Origin: an uncultured Pseudomonadales bacterium
GTDB lineage: Bacteria > Patescibacteriota > Microgenomatia > UBA1400 > PJMF01
Length of the DNA stretch: 48,280 nucleotides
Direction of reading: 5' to 3'
Assembly: GCA_964586055.1 (NCBI GenBank)
Contig: CAZPFX010000006.1
Span: 1-48,280 of the forward strand
In this document: positions 1-9,221 of the stretch, one piece after another
Layout of the letters: the number at the start of each line of letters is the position of its first letter
Position numbering within the stretch: the first letter of the stretch is position 1
Translations under genes and position numbers: made by a program
Notes under the pieces: generated by a model
Told to the model about the DNA's origin: nothing
Database searches by the model: none
The model's input: only the letters and a program-made list of their open reading frames with translations

Positions 1-103
1 CTTCCAATGTCGCAAATAAGCTTGGTGTACTCATAAATACGCATTAGATACATACAAGTTACTCCATCTACTTTCGAACCTGATTAAATCGTATAATCGA
101 GTT

Positions 104-415
104 ATGTTCACAATCGAGTACCTTCGCTCATTTCGCCTTGGTGGTTATGCCATTTTTGATTTTGTAGTTTCCTACCTTGGAATTGCTTTGCTGGCTCCTC
201 TGCTCTCGAAATTGTTCCGCTTGATCAGATTAGAAATTCCGACAAGAAATTGGCTATTTTTGACTTTGCCGATTGGTGTTTTAGTTCATGTATCGGTAGG
301 CACCATTACTCCTTTCACAGCTGCATTTTTGGAAATAAATACTCACTTTGTATTAAAAGCTATCGTTCTAGGTTCGTTTTTTCTTGGAATTAGGGGTATA
401 AAGATAAGTAGGTAA
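104..415 (+). CDS. small hydrophobic membrane protein, family not recognised
   Basis: 103-aa ORF dominated by hydrophobic helices. TATAAT at 92-97 lies only 6 nt before the ATG. No diagnostic motif seen. Confidence 0.5.
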   Translation: MFTIEYLRSFRLGGYAIFDFVVSYLGIALLAPLLSKLFRLIRLEIPTRNWLFLTLPIGVLVHVSVGTITPFTAAFLEINTHFVLKAIVLGSFFLGIRGIKISR

Positions 416-438
416 ACGCTTTTTAGCGAAAGGAAGTT

Positions 439-837
439 ATGAAAGGTTTTACAACAAACATAGAAGAAATGACTGTCCAGAACAGCAATTTTCGAAAGGT
501 TCTCTACACTTCAAAGCATAGTCAATTGGTCCTAATGAGTCTTAAGTCAGGTGAAGACATTGGTGTAGAGATTCATGCTGATAATGATCAGTTTTTCCGT
601 TTTGAAAAAGGTGAAGGAAAATGTATTGTTGACGGCACTGAATACTTGGTGACGGATGGTTCTTGTTTAGTCGTTCCCGCAGGCGCAGAACACAACATCA
701 TTAATGTTTCTGAAACTGAAGATTTAAAAATGTATACGATTTATTCCCCAGCTCATCATAAAGATGGCATCATTCGAGCTACCAAGCAAATAGCCGCAGA
801 AAACGAAGCTGAGTTCGATGGTGTGACTACCGAATAA
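439..837 (+). CDS. cupin-domain protein
   Basis: 132 aa. Two cupin-like motifs (GVEIHADNDQFF ... VVPAGAEHNIIN). AGGAAG Shine-Dalgarno upstream. Confidence 0.75.
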   Translation: MKGFTTNIEEMTVQNSNFRKVLYTSKHSQLVLMSLKSGEDIGVEIHADNDQFFRFEKGEGKCIVDGTEYLVTDGSCLVVPAGAEHNIINVSETEDLKMYTIYSPAHHKDGIIRATKQIAAENEAEFDGVTTE

Positions 838-1747
838 GTCCAGCAATACTGCCGAACATCACGGCAATATCCGAAGAGATCTGAAGAAGTGGTAAGTAGA
901 ACCAGCTTTTTGGTGTGTATTTTAAGTTTTTATCTATCGCCCAAAGTGAATAAATGACAAAGAGTGGCGTCCAGAGTTGGATGACTGATTTCCAGTCGCT
1001 AAATTTAAGAACGAAAATTGTTGTTAATAATAGAAGAAAGTAGCGCAAGAAAATAAGTGCCACTTTTGGTCTTAAAATATCTGCTCGCACATCACCCCTG
1101 GCAAATCTATAAATCATTCTAAAGAAGCTTGGGAGATTATTTCTGGGTTTCCAGAGCACGATGGCTTTTTCTGCGAAGGCAATTTTAATATTATTTTTTC
1201 TGATTTTTGTTGCGAATGCATAATCTTCATTATCAGAAAGCTCCTCATCAAAGCCACCAAGTTTTTCCCAGACTTTCTTTCGCAAAAGCATCGAGCGAGT
1301 GGCTGGGAGGAACTCATCGGGATTGACTTTTTCGGGCATGACCAAGGCGTAAGGAATGACTGCTTCTTCAAATCTTGTGTTTGCCTTACCCGCGTAGTAG
1401 CCAGCAACGACCTGAGACTTCGTTTCTTTCTGAGTTTCCACGAGCTCTTTCAGCCAATTTTTATTTGTCACGCAACCGGCGTCAGTAATGGCGATCAGAT
1501 CTGTTTTGCTTTTAGCAATTGCTAGGTTTCTGCCAACGCTGCGATTACCCTTTTTTTGGAGAAGTCTAATGTTTAAGAACGAATTGCTGCTAAAGTTGTT
1601 GACAATTTTTATTGTTTTATCTTTTGATCCTCCATCAACAACAATCACTTCTGTCGGCAAAAGTGATTGCTTTTCAAGGCTCTTAAGCAACTCTAAGATT
1701 GTTGACTCTTCATTTAGAACAGTGATGATGACGGTTACTTTTTCCAT
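827..1747 (-). CDS. family 2 (GT-A) glycosyltransferase with C-terminal membrane helices
   Basis: N-terminal VTVIITVLNEE...VIVVDGGSKDKT signature and an acidic DNED motif. Hydrophobic C-terminus. 3' end overlaps the cupin gene by 11 nt. Confidence 0.85.
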   Translation of the reverse strand: MEKVTVIITVLNEESTILELLKSLEKQSLLPTEVIVVDGGSKDKTIKIVNNFSSNSFLNIRLLQKKGNRSVGRNLAIAKSKTDLIAITDAGCVTNKNWLKELVETQKETKSQVVAGYYAGKANTRFEEAVIPYALVMPEKVNPDEFLPATRSMLLRKKVWEKLGGFDEELSDNEDYAFATKIRKNNIKIAFAEKAIVLWKPRNNLPSFFRMIYRFARGDVRADILRPKVALIFLRYFLLLLTTIFVLKFSDWKSVIQLWTPLFVIYSLWAIDKNLKYTPKSWFYLPLLQISSDIAVMFGSIAGLIR

Positions 1748-2760
1748 AGTTCGATGTATGTCTCAGCCATTTTTTTCCAGGTTTGTTTTCTTGCCCAGGC
1801 TTGTAATATGGGAGAGATTTCTTTTGGCTTCAACAATGTTTTAGCAATAGCCTTGGGCGTTCTAACAATACTGATTTCCTTTGCGTATGGGGTAGTCTTT
1901 AGATAGTCTCTTTTGAATTTACTTGGAGCTATTGCTATCACCGGAGTTCTAGTTATGAGGCTTTCTAGAATGCTCAAATATTGTGAGGCAAAGGCAAATG
2001 AAAATTCACCTATTTTATTACTCGCGTTTTCTTTCCAGCCATGAAACTTCACTGGCAGATTGTATTTATTAACAAATGATCTAGCCTTGCTCTCAAGAGG
2101 TCCATCTCCGTAGACTTCTAGTGAAATTTTTCTACGACTCTTATCATTAAATATTTTTATCGCTTCCAGATATTCTAGTATTCCTGTATCTTTCCTCATC
2201 TGGCCAACAAAAATAACTGAATTTCTTCTTTTTTTGGCAACAACTTTTTTTTCATTGACTGCTCCAAATGATAATGCGGTTGGAATGACTCCGTACCAAA
2301 GATTGTGGAAGCCACCTATACAAAGATTTCCGCGCGTTAACTTCGATGCGGTGCGGTGCCAAAACACCTGAGATTTTGATGGTCCGTCGATGTTTTCGTA
2401 ACCGTGGAATGTGATGTATATCTTTTTCTTTGACAAAAAAGGGAGGAAAGGCAGCAGCCACCAAAAAACATCGTGAATTTGTATTATGTCAGCATTTTTT
2501 AGCAAGGAAAAATGCTTTAGCAGTCCAGTCCAAATACTCAATTTATGCTTGATGGCATCGGGGTTGGGAACTGCCAAGCGAACAATTCGGTAATCCTTAG
2601 TTTCTTCCTCAAGCGCGAGTAGCTTGTTGTGTTGGGTAGTAATTATTGTTGATGAAAAACCAAGTCTGCTCAGTTCAACTATAATTTTTTGTAGATGTTT
2701 TTCTACTCCTCCGCCGTGGGGAGGAGCCAATCTGGTTAGATGAAGTACTGTTTTTGTCAT
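1735..2760 (-). CDS. GT-B glycosyltransferase (GT1/GT4-like)
   Basis: 341 aa. N-terminal GGVEKH motif. C-terminal ILESLITRTPVIA resembles the GT4 EAMAxGxPVIA nucleotide-sugar motif. Overlaps the next gene start by 13 nt. Confidence 0.8.
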   Translation of the reverse strand: MTKTVLHLTRLAPPHGGGVEKHLQKIIVELSRLGFSSTIITTQHNKLLALEEETKDYRIVRLAVPNPDAIKHKLSIWTGLLKHFSLLKNADIIQIHDVFWWLLPFLPFLSKKKIYITFHGYENIDGPSKSQVFWHRTASKLTRGNLCIGGFHNLWYGVIPTALSFGAVNEKKVVAKKRRNSVIFVGQMRKDTGILEYLEAIKIFNDKSRRKISLEVYGDGPLESKARSFVNKYNLPVKFHGWKENASNKIGEFSFAFASQYLSILESLITRTPVIAIAPSKFKRDYLKTTPYAKEISIVRTPKAIAKTLLKPKEISPILQAWARKQTWKKMAETYIELWKK

Positions 2761-2785
2761 CTCGGCGATATTGTAGCAGTCTTGT

Positions 2786-2794
2786 TGGTATAAT
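2786..2794 (+). promoter_or_regulatory. extended -10 box TGGTATAAT for dus
   Basis: TGnTATAAT match 11 nt upstream of the dus ATG. No Shine-Dalgarno in between. Confidence 0.5.
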
Positions 2795-2805
2795 CTCTCG
2801 AGATT

Positions 2806-3864
2806 ATGAAGAAGGACTTTTGGGCAGAACTAGGAAAACCGATTATTGGACTCTCTCCTATGGATGGAGTTACCGATCAGCCGTTTCGTTACATCACTAA
2901 GAAATATGGTCAGCCTGATATTGTTTATACGGAGTTCGCTAGTGTCGAGGGTGTTTGTCATGGTGCCACGAGCATGCTTAAAGATTTTTTATATGACGAG
3001 ACGCAGCGTCCAGCGATTGCGCAAATTTATGGCACGACCCCAGACTCTTTCCGTCAAACAGCCACCCTTCTCTGCCAACTTGGATTTGATGGAATAGATA
3101 TCAACATGGGTTGTCCGGCTAAAAACGTGGCTCATTCTGGAGCTGGAGCTGCTCTTATTAAAACACCTGAGTTGGCTCAAGAGATTATTAAAGAAACAAA
3201 GCTCGGTATAGAAGATTGGGTTAATGGCAAGTCAGCCGTTGACTGCGCCAATGTCTCTGATGAAATTGCCCGCGAGGTCGAGCGTCGACATGCGTTGCTG
3301 CCAATTGCATACCAGCAGAGGCAAAGCATTCCTGTCAGTGTCAAAACTAGAATCGGTTTTGATAAACCAGTCATCAAGGAATGGATGGAAACAATTTTGG
3401 AAATGGAGCCAGTGGCGATCGCATTACATGGCAGGACGTTGAAACAACAATACGGTGGTTTGGCAGACTGGGAACAGATCGGTGTTGCTGCAGATGTTGC
3501 TCTTGGATCAGAAACTTTGATTTTAGGAAATGGAGATGTAAGTTCATTAGAAATTGCCAGGGAGAGAGCGATCGCATACAAGTTGGACGGAATTCTGATT
3601 GGTAGGGCTGCATTCGGAAATCCATTCGTGTTCAGAGAAAAAATTCCAGAATCACCTACTATCTACGAGATTGCCGTCGAACACGTTGAGATTTTTGAGA
3701 AAACGTATGTGAATAGAGAAAAATATAGTTTTTTGCCAATGAGAAAGCACTTGGGCTGGTATGTAAGAGGAGTACCAGAGGCAGCTTCGATTAGAGCCGC
3801 TCTTTTCCAGACTAACTCCAGCCAAGAAGTTCGCGCCGTTCTTGAAGAAAATGGTCTACTCTGA
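2806..3864 (+). CDS. dus: tRNA-dihydrouridine synthase
   Basis: LSPMDGVTDQPFR and DINMGCPAKNV motifs typical of the Dus family. 352 aa. Confidence 0.9.
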   Translation: MKKDFWAELGKPIIGLSPMDGVTDQPFRYITKKYGQPDIVYTEFASVEGVCHGATSMLKDFLYDETQRPAIAQIYGTTPDSFRQTATLLCQLGFDGIDINMGCPAKNVAHSGAGAALIKTPELAQEIIKETKLGIEDWVNGKSAVDCANVSDEIAREVERRHALLPIAYQQRQSIPVSVKTRIGFDKPVIKEWMETILEMEPVAIALHGRTLKQQYGGLADWEQIGVAADVALGSETLILGNGDVSSLEIARERAIAYKLDGILIGRAAFGNPFVFREKIPESPTIYEIAVEHVEIFEKTYVNREKYSFLPMRKHLGWYVRGVPEAASIRAALFQTNSSQEVRAVLEENGLL

Positions 3865-3865
3865 G

Positions 3866-3874
3866 TGGTATACT
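3866..3874 (+). promoter_or_regulatory. extended -10 box TGGTATACT for tRNA-Val(CAC)
   Basis: TGnTATAcT, 13 nt upstream of the tRNA 5' end and directly after the dus stop codon. Confidence 0.45.
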
Positions 3875-3887
3875 ACCCTAGTCTTGA

Positions 3888-3961
3888 GGTCGCATAGCTC
3901 AGTTGGTTAGAGCGCACGATTCACATTCGTGAGGTCCTTGGTTCGAGTCCTAGTGCGACCA
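3888..3961 (+). tRNA. tRNA-Val (anticodon CAC), CCA not encoded
   Basis: Cloverleaf read by hand. Acceptor GGTCGCA/TGCGACC. Anticodon stem CACGA/TCGTG with loop TTCACAT. T-arm CTTGG-TTCGAGT-CCTAG. Confidence 0.9.
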
Positions 3962-3985
3962 CATTCTCCGTGATAGGCTAAAACA

Positions 3986-5626
3986 ATGCTGCTTCGCTAC
4001 CGTTCCGCTCTGCTTATTTTTGTCATTAGTTTTCTTGTTTACCTGCCTTCACTTGGAAATCAATTTGTCTGGGATGACGAGCAGTTTATTTATCGAAATG
4101 TCTTTGTTCGAGACTTTAATGTCAAAAAAATCTTCACTACTAACACCATCGCAGGCGCTGGAGAGATCAGCAACTACTACCGTCCTCTAACTACGCTTAG
4201 TTTTGCTTTTGATTATCAGGTTTGGGGTCTTAATCCGATTGGCTTTCATCTGGTGAATACTTTACTTCATGCTTCTAATGCAGTTTTGCTTTACTTTTTG
4301 CTTCGCTACCTGGGTTTGGGGAAGAAAGGATCTTTTTGGCTAGGAGTGTTGTTTGCCATTCATCCGATTCAGACCGAGGCTGTGGTCTATGCTAACTCCA
4401 GAGGAGATTCCCTCTTCACTTTTTTCGGATTTTTAAGTCTTTTGGGATTTTCCAAGATTTTGGGTGGAAAAAACATCCATGTATCAATATATAATATAAA
4501 AACTCAGATTGGCAGTCTTACTCTGTCTCTGCTAACAATCACCACCTATCTTTTTAGCATCCTCAGTAAGGAAATTGGTATCACTTTCGTTGGTTTACAG
4601 GTACTTATCGCATTGAGGTTACTTGTACTAGGTAAGTTGAAATCAGGTAAAAAATGGGTCATATGCACCATGATCGGTTCTGTTTTTGTTGCCTCTGTTT
4701 ATATGCTACTGCGCTCTACTGTTTTGAACTTTAATAATACCTTTAATTTCTATGGGGAGGGTTCAGCGTACGCTTCCAGCCTCGTGCTTCGCTTGGCCAC
4801 TTTCACAAAAGTCCTTTGGATTTATGCACAACTACTTTTAGCACCCTTTCCACTCTATATGGAGCGCGATACAGAGCTAGTTACAAGCTTCGTTTCTATT
4901 TGGACGGCGATGACAGTGATTTTCCTCTCGACTTTGGCCTTTCTTGGCTGGCAAGAGCTTAGGCGTAAAAAAACCGTCTGGATTTGGTTTGGTCTTGGCT
5001 GGTTTTTCGTTACGATTTCTCCCGTGTCTGGACTTATTCCTATTAATGGAGTTCTCTATGAGCATTGGCTGTATTTACCGATGGTTGGTTTTTTTATTAC
5101 AGCTATTGGTGTGTTTAAGTTGTTTTTTGAACGTTTCTTGAAAAACCACTACGAAATTACTCGAAATGTTTTTGGGATTATCGTGACAATCTTTATTTTG
5201 TTGACTTTGCGCCAGAATTATCTCTGGGGAACGCCAATTCGCTTCTACGAGCACCTCTTGAGATACACAGAGTCGGCGCGAACGCACAATAATTTAGCCA
5301 TGGCCTACGCGGATGATAAGCAGCTTGAAAAATCCATTGAGCAGTACGACGCTGCGATCGCCCTAGCTGATGTCTATCCACAGGTTCACTACAATAAAGG
5401 CAACACCCAGCTTTCTTTAGGCAAAACGGATGAGGCAATTCTGTCTTACAAAAGATCGTTAGAACTTCAGCCCACTTTCGTATTGGCTCGCTATAAACTG
5501 ATGGAAATTTATTTAGGAAGACAGGATAAAGAAAATCTCAAAATTCAGCTGGACCTATTTCATGAGTTCTCTGGCGAGGTTCCCGCTCCGCTGAATAAAA
5601 AAATCGCTACGCTTCTCGAAAGCTAG
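3986..5626 (+). CDS. polytopic membrane protein with C-terminal TPR repeats (TMTC/PMT-like GT-C glycosyltransferase candidate)
   Basis: N-terminal FVWDDEQFI loop motif followed by many TM helices. C-terminal about 120 aa forms TPR-like repeats (NNLAMAYADDKQLEKSIEQYDAAIAL...). Confidence 0.7.
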   Translation: MLLRYRSALLIFVISFLVYLPSLGNQFVWDDEQFIYRNVFVRDFNVKKIFTTNTIAGAGEISNYYRPLTTLSFAFDYQVWGLNPIGFHLVNTLLHASNAVLLYFLLRYLGLGKKGSFWLGVLFAIHPIQTEAVVYANSRGDSLFTFFGFLSLLGFSKILGGKNIHVSIYNIKTQIGSLTLSLLTITTYLFSILSKEIGITFVGLQVLIALRLLVLGKLKSGKKWVICTMIGSVFVASVYMLLRSTVLNFNNTFNFYGEGSAYASSLVLRLATFTKVLWIYAQLLLAPFPLYMERDTELVTSFVSIWTAMTVIFLSTLAFLGWQELRRKKTVWIWFGLGWFFVTISPVSGLIPINGVLYEHWLYLPMVGFFITAIGVFKLFFERFLKNHYEITRNVFGIIVTIFILLTLRQNYLWGTPIRFYEHLLRYTESARTHNNLAMAYADDKQLEKSIEQYDAAIALADVYPQVHYNKGNTQLSLGKTDEAILSYKRSLELQPTFVLARYKLMEIYLGRQDKENLKIQLDLFHEFSGEVPAPLNKKIATLLES

Positions 5627-5644
5627 AGTTGTTAAGCTTAGAAA

Positions 5645-6286
5645 GTGCTTCTCTCCTTCCTTCTTGATTTATTATTTCCTCACACCTGCGCTGGCTGCGG
5701 AGCCTGGTTTACTCTGCTGTGTCCGCGCTGTTACAACGATTTAGAGTTTAGAGAATTACCCCTTCATCAGGATATCGAAGAACCAGCTCTTGAAATTATC
5801 TATGCTTGCTTTGGCTACAGCGACTCGGTTCGCAGCTTGCTCCATAGACTTAAATATGGAGGAATAAAAGACGCAGGCACTTTTCTCGGAGAGCTGATGT
5901 ATCATTCTGGGAAAATTCCTGATCACGTAGTTATTGTGCCGGTGCCTATCCACCCCACCCGCCTGAGAGTTCGTGGCTACAATCAAGCAGAGTTGATTGC
6001 TAATTCCTTGGCAAGTCACTTGAGATCACCCTTGGTGATGGCGTTGACTAGAACGGTAGCATCTAAGTCACAAGCTTCGACCTCTTCAAAGTCTGAGCGA
6101 CTTCACAATCTTCAGGGACACTTCGAAGTTGATTCTAGATTGAAAAACAGAATAATTGGCAAGAAAGTTCTCATTGTCGATGATGTCGCCACCACAGGTA
6201 TGACTTTGCAGCAATGCGCTTTAGTGCTTAAAGAATCGGGAGCAAAATCAGTTTCTGCGATAGTAGTTGCCACCAGCAAATCGTAG
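5645..6286 (+). CDS. comFC: ComF-family phosphoribosyltransferase-like competence protein
   Basis: GTG start. N-terminal double Cys pair (HTCAGCG...LCPRC). C-terminal PRTase motif VLIVDDVATTGMT. Confidence 0.8.
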   Translation: MLLSFLLDLLFPHTCAGCGAWFTLLCPRCYNDLEFRELPLHQDIEEPALEIIYACFGYSDSVRSLLHRLKYGGIKDAGTFLGELMYHSGKIPDHVVIVPVPIHPTRLRVRGYNQAELIANSLASHLRSPLVMALTRTVASKSQASTSSKSERLHNLQGHFEVDSRLKNRIIGKKVLIVDDVATTGMTLQQCALVLKESGAKSVSAIVVATSKS

Positions 6287-6329
6287 CTTGAATTTTCCCG
6301 AGTAAAATCCTATAATTAACCATGTCGTT

Positions 6330-6756
6330 GGGGATGTATTGCTTCGACGTTCAGCGCTCATTAACATCTGCAGACTATCTTTGATCAAAGATATAAACAA
6401 AGATCAAACAACAACTGTCAATTTAAAAAACAGTATAGTTGCTAAAGCAAAAGCTTTCGGAACTCGTTCAATGGAAACATTGGCAGGTCTAATTGCTCCA
6501 GCTCCAGCAGCTCTAGCTTTCGCGTAAGCGGAAATAGCATTTAACACCCCATTGTCAGTGGCGGTGAGTGTTAGGTGAAAACCCAGTCACTGTGTCAGCG
6601 AGCTTGTTTCTACCAGAGCTCGTGTAAGACTTTCGGTGGAAAGTGTCGAGGAAGTGTTTGGCTATTACCAGCCTCGACATCACTTAAAAATACCCTACGT
6701 CTGTAGACGATGTTTTTGTTCCTGGGCGGACAGGGGTTCATAACCCCTCATCTCCA
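6330..6756 (+). ncRNA. ssrA: tmRNA (SsrA)
   Basis: 5' GGGGATG pairs with 3' CATCTCC, including the G3:U wobble (alanine identity). Conserved TTCGACG near the 5' end. 3' end is GGAC-AGGGG-TTCATAA-CCCCT-CATCTCC-A. Internal tag frame ends ...PAPAALAFA-TAA at 6525-6527. TATAAT at 6311-6316 upstream. Confidence 0.9.
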
Positions 6757-6771
6757 CAAAATTTGTTTAAT

Positions 6772-6807
6772 GCCTCCGAGTTCTCTCTTGATACTCAGAG
6801 GCTTTTT
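6772..6807 (+). terminator. intrinsic terminator after tmRNA
   Basis: GCCTCCGAG / CTCAGAGGC stem (8 of 9 bp) followed by TTTTT. Confidence 0.55.
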
Positions 6808-6848
6808 GCGTTATGATGAGAGTTGTTTGCTAATATAGTATTCATCAT

Positions 6849-7622
6849 ATGTTTTTTCCTTCTAAAAAATCATCACAATCAGGATACGTAGCGGTTATTA
6901 CTTTACTAGTGATGGTGGTGCTTTTAAGCCTCGGTCTTTCTCTGGCAAATCAAGCAACTCAAGAAATTAGTCTGGCTGGAAATGAGTCTGAGCAAGTTCG
7001 TGTTTTTAATGCAGCGGAAGCTGCTCTTGATACTCTACTGGCTGATCCTAATTCTTATGTGGCTGGAACAGAAACATTGCCTGGTCTTAATGATGCTACG
7101 GTCGGCACAGACTACAGCGTCACCTCTGGTGACTTGACTTCATATTTTCCTCAAGGCTCAACTGCAACTATTGATTTAAGCGCTGGATCAGCGGGCACTC
7201 TACAGTTTCTATGGGGTGCATCCGGAAGTGGCTGTCTGGCTTCCGCATTACTCATCACAGTTTACTCTGACGACGGATCTTCAAACTACAGCTCTAGATA
7301 TGTTGGTGTGAATCCAGCCGCAGCATGCGCAAGTAGGGGTCAAGGTTTCTTGGAGGCAGGGTCTGGAGGCACAGATTACAACAGCAGCTACTCCTTAGAC
7401 TACACCGCAAATGATAAATTAGTTCGAATCAAAGTTCTTTATGCCGGAACTACAATGAGTGTCTCTGGAGCCGGCGTTCAGCAGTACACAGCTCAGGCAA
7501 TGGCCACCGGTGATACAGATGGTGTGACTAGTGCTATTCAAGGCACGAGATCTATCCCCGCGGCGCCTGCTATTTTTGATTACGCCCTGTATAGTGGAGG
7601 TAGTATTGTGAAAGCGAACTAA
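6849..7622 (+). CDS. PilX-N-like pilus-associated protein (minor pilin candidate)
   Basis: N-terminus QSGYVAVITLLVMVVLLSLGLSLANQATQEISLAGNESEQVRVFNAAEAAL follows the PilX_N pattern (hydrophobic helix, then agN...A..aAEaaL). Immediately upstream of pilMNO. Confidence 0.6.
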   Translation: MFFPSKKSSQSGYVAVITLLVMVVLLSLGLSLANQATQEISLAGNESEQVRVFNAAEAALDTLLADPNSYVAGTETLPGLNDATVGTDYSVTSGDLTSYFPQGSTATIDLSAGSAGTLQFLWGASGSGCLASALLITVYSDDGSSNYSSRYVGVNPAAACASRGQGFLEAGSGGTDYNSSYSLDYTANDKLVRIKVLYAGTTMSVSGAGVQQYTAQAMATGDTDGVTSAIQGTRSIPAAPAIFDYALYSGGSIVKAN

Positions 7623-7635
7623 GAGGAGACCTAAA

Positions 7636-8643
7636 ATGCCTGCCCTGGCCATAGATATCGGAACATATAGTATTAAAGCCATTGCTGGTTCTACCGGGAG
7701 TTCGGTGCATATTAAGCGTGTTGCTGAGGTTTTTAACTCCACGGGCATATCAGTCCCGACGGATGACGCAGCAAGTACAAAACTCGCAGGAATTATTCAG
7801 GCTTTAATGAATGATTATGGCTTTGTAAATGAGCCAGTTCGTCTCTCTCTTCCAGAAACAGTGGTCTCCACAAAAGTTATCGCCATTCCAAGACTTTCAG
7901 ACGCTGAGCTGGCATCTGCGATTGGCTGGCAAGCAGAACAACATATCCCGATTCCTCCAGACGAGCTCTCGCTTGAGTATCAGGTTCTTTATCGACCTGG
8001 TAAAAAAGAAGACGGCTTGATGAGGGTGCTCTTAGTTGGAGTGAGAAAAAAGGTTATTGAGCAGTACGTTTCCGTTTTTAATCAGGTTGGAATAGAGCCA
8101 GAGCTCGTTGAGACTCAGATGCTGTCGATTTTGCGCTCACTTCGTTTTGTCTCCAACGATCCAACCACTCTAATCTTGCACATCGGTGCCTCAACCATGA
8201 ATATGGCGATCATGCATCAGGGAGAACTACAATTTGTTCTCACTCATCTAAATGGTGGGCAGCTACTCTCAAAGACTTTGGAGCAAAAAATTGGCCTTGA
8301 TTCTTCTCAGGCAGAGCAATATAAACGAACCTACGGCCTTGATAGAACTCAATTTGAAGGAAAAGTGGCTTCCGCTCTTCTTCCAGCAGTTCAAGTTTTG
8401 CTTACTGAAGCGAAAAAAGCGGTTCAGTTTTTTGTCAGTCAACATCCGCAAGACGCTGTCGAGAGAGTTGTCCTTTCTGGTGGATCAGCAATGTTACCAG
8501 AGCTAGTCGGTCAGGTCGCAACTGAATTTGGTAGTGAAGTCCTGATCGCCTCTCCCTTTGCTTCCGCTTCTGGAGATGTACCAGAAAAGATTAATCAGCC
8601 AAGTATGGCAGTCTGTATGGGACTATTAGCACAGGAATCGTAA
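7636..8643 (+). CDS. pilM: type IV pilus assembly protein PilM (actin-like ATPase fold)
   Basis: 335 aa. N-terminal AIDIGTYSIKA and C-terminal VLSGGSA actin/FtsA-like phosphate motifs. Followed by pilN/pilO-like genes. Confidence 0.85.
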   Translation: MPALAIDIGTYSIKAIAGSTGSSVHIKRVAEVFNSTGISVPTDDAASTKLAGIIQALMNDYGFVNEPVRLSLPETVVSTKVIAIPRLSDAELASAIGWQAEQHIPIPPDELSLEYQVLYRPGKKEDGLMRVLLVGVRKKVIEQYVSVFNQVGIEPELVETQMLSILRSLRFVSNDPTTLILHIGASTMNMAIMHQGELQFVLTHLNGGQLLSKTLEQKIGLDSSQAEQYKRTYGLDRTQFEGKVASALLPAVQVLLTEAKKAVQFFVSQHPQDAVERVVLSGGSAMLPELVGQVATEFGSEVLIASPFASASGDVPEKINQPSMAVCMGLLAQES

Positions 8644-8648
8644 AGTTC

Positions 8649-9221
8649 ATGCCGAAAAACATTAACTTTGTTCGAGATCGGCAGAGATGGGTTGAGAAAG
8701 CACAGTCTCAAGATCAGAAGTTGATGCTTTTTAGCAGTATTGCTTTAGGCATAATCGCGGTTGTTGGCATAGTCGCCGGAATTTCTCACTTTCTTCTGAA
8801 CAGAAGCCTTGCCTCAATTGTGGCTGAGCAGAAATCAACAAAAACTGCGATTTTAGCTGAGCAGCCAATCGAAGAGTCTTACACTGTTTTTGCTCAAAAA
8901 CTTCGAGTTCTCACAGAGCTCTTTGGTAATCGTCAAAATAAGCAGGAGGCGCTAACATTTTTTAGCAACTTTTTTGGTCCAGGTGTAATAATTAGCCAGC
9001 TTTCATATTCTGGTGATAATAATGAAATTTTGACATTTTCATTGAGCGCCCAAGATATTTTCACCATGGAGAGGGTCTTCGAGAAGTTGAAAAGTCCTGA
9101 ACTACTTTCAGAGTATCCAGATATAACTCGCGGAGGGCTATCGAGAAATGATGCCGGAGTCTATAGTCTAAAACTCACCGTGATCTTACCGGAAATAGTA
9201 CTTGAGAAAGAAGCATCGTGA
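8649..9221 (+). CDS. pilN: PilN-like pilus assembly protein
   Basis: N-terminal KNINFVRD (PilN INLLP-type PilM-binding peptide), a single TM helix, then a periplasm-like domain. Confidence 0.7.
   Translation: MPKNINFVRDRQRWVEKAQSQDQKLMLFSSIALGIIAVVGIVAGISHFLLNRSLASIVAEQKSTKTAILAEQPIEESYTVFAQKLRVLTELFGNRQNKQEALTFFSNFFGPGVIISQLSYSGDNNEILTFSLSAQDIFTMERVFEKLKSPELLSEYPDITRGGLSRNDAGVYSLKLTVILPEIVLEKEAS

Noticed and set aside
1-44. Possible 5' end of a minus-strand gene (ATG at 44, MRIYEYTKLICDIG...) running off the left edge
   Set aside because: Only 14 codons are visible, with no recognisable motif and a weak, poorly spaced Shine-Dalgarno. This cannot be supported from the window alone.
6339-6527. 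62-aa ORF in the comFC/pilX-like spacer as a protein-coding gene
   Set aside because: It is the tag-reading frame inside the tmRNA. Only the 3' part, from about 6441, is expected to be translated, in trans.
6286-6849. Genomic island or integrase next to tmRNA or tRNA genes (classical integration hot spots)
   Set aside because: No integrase, recombinase, direct repeat of the tmRNA or tRNA 3' end, or compositional break was seen beside ssrA, tRNA-Val, tRNA-Cys or tRNA-Ile. All flanking genes are housekeeping.
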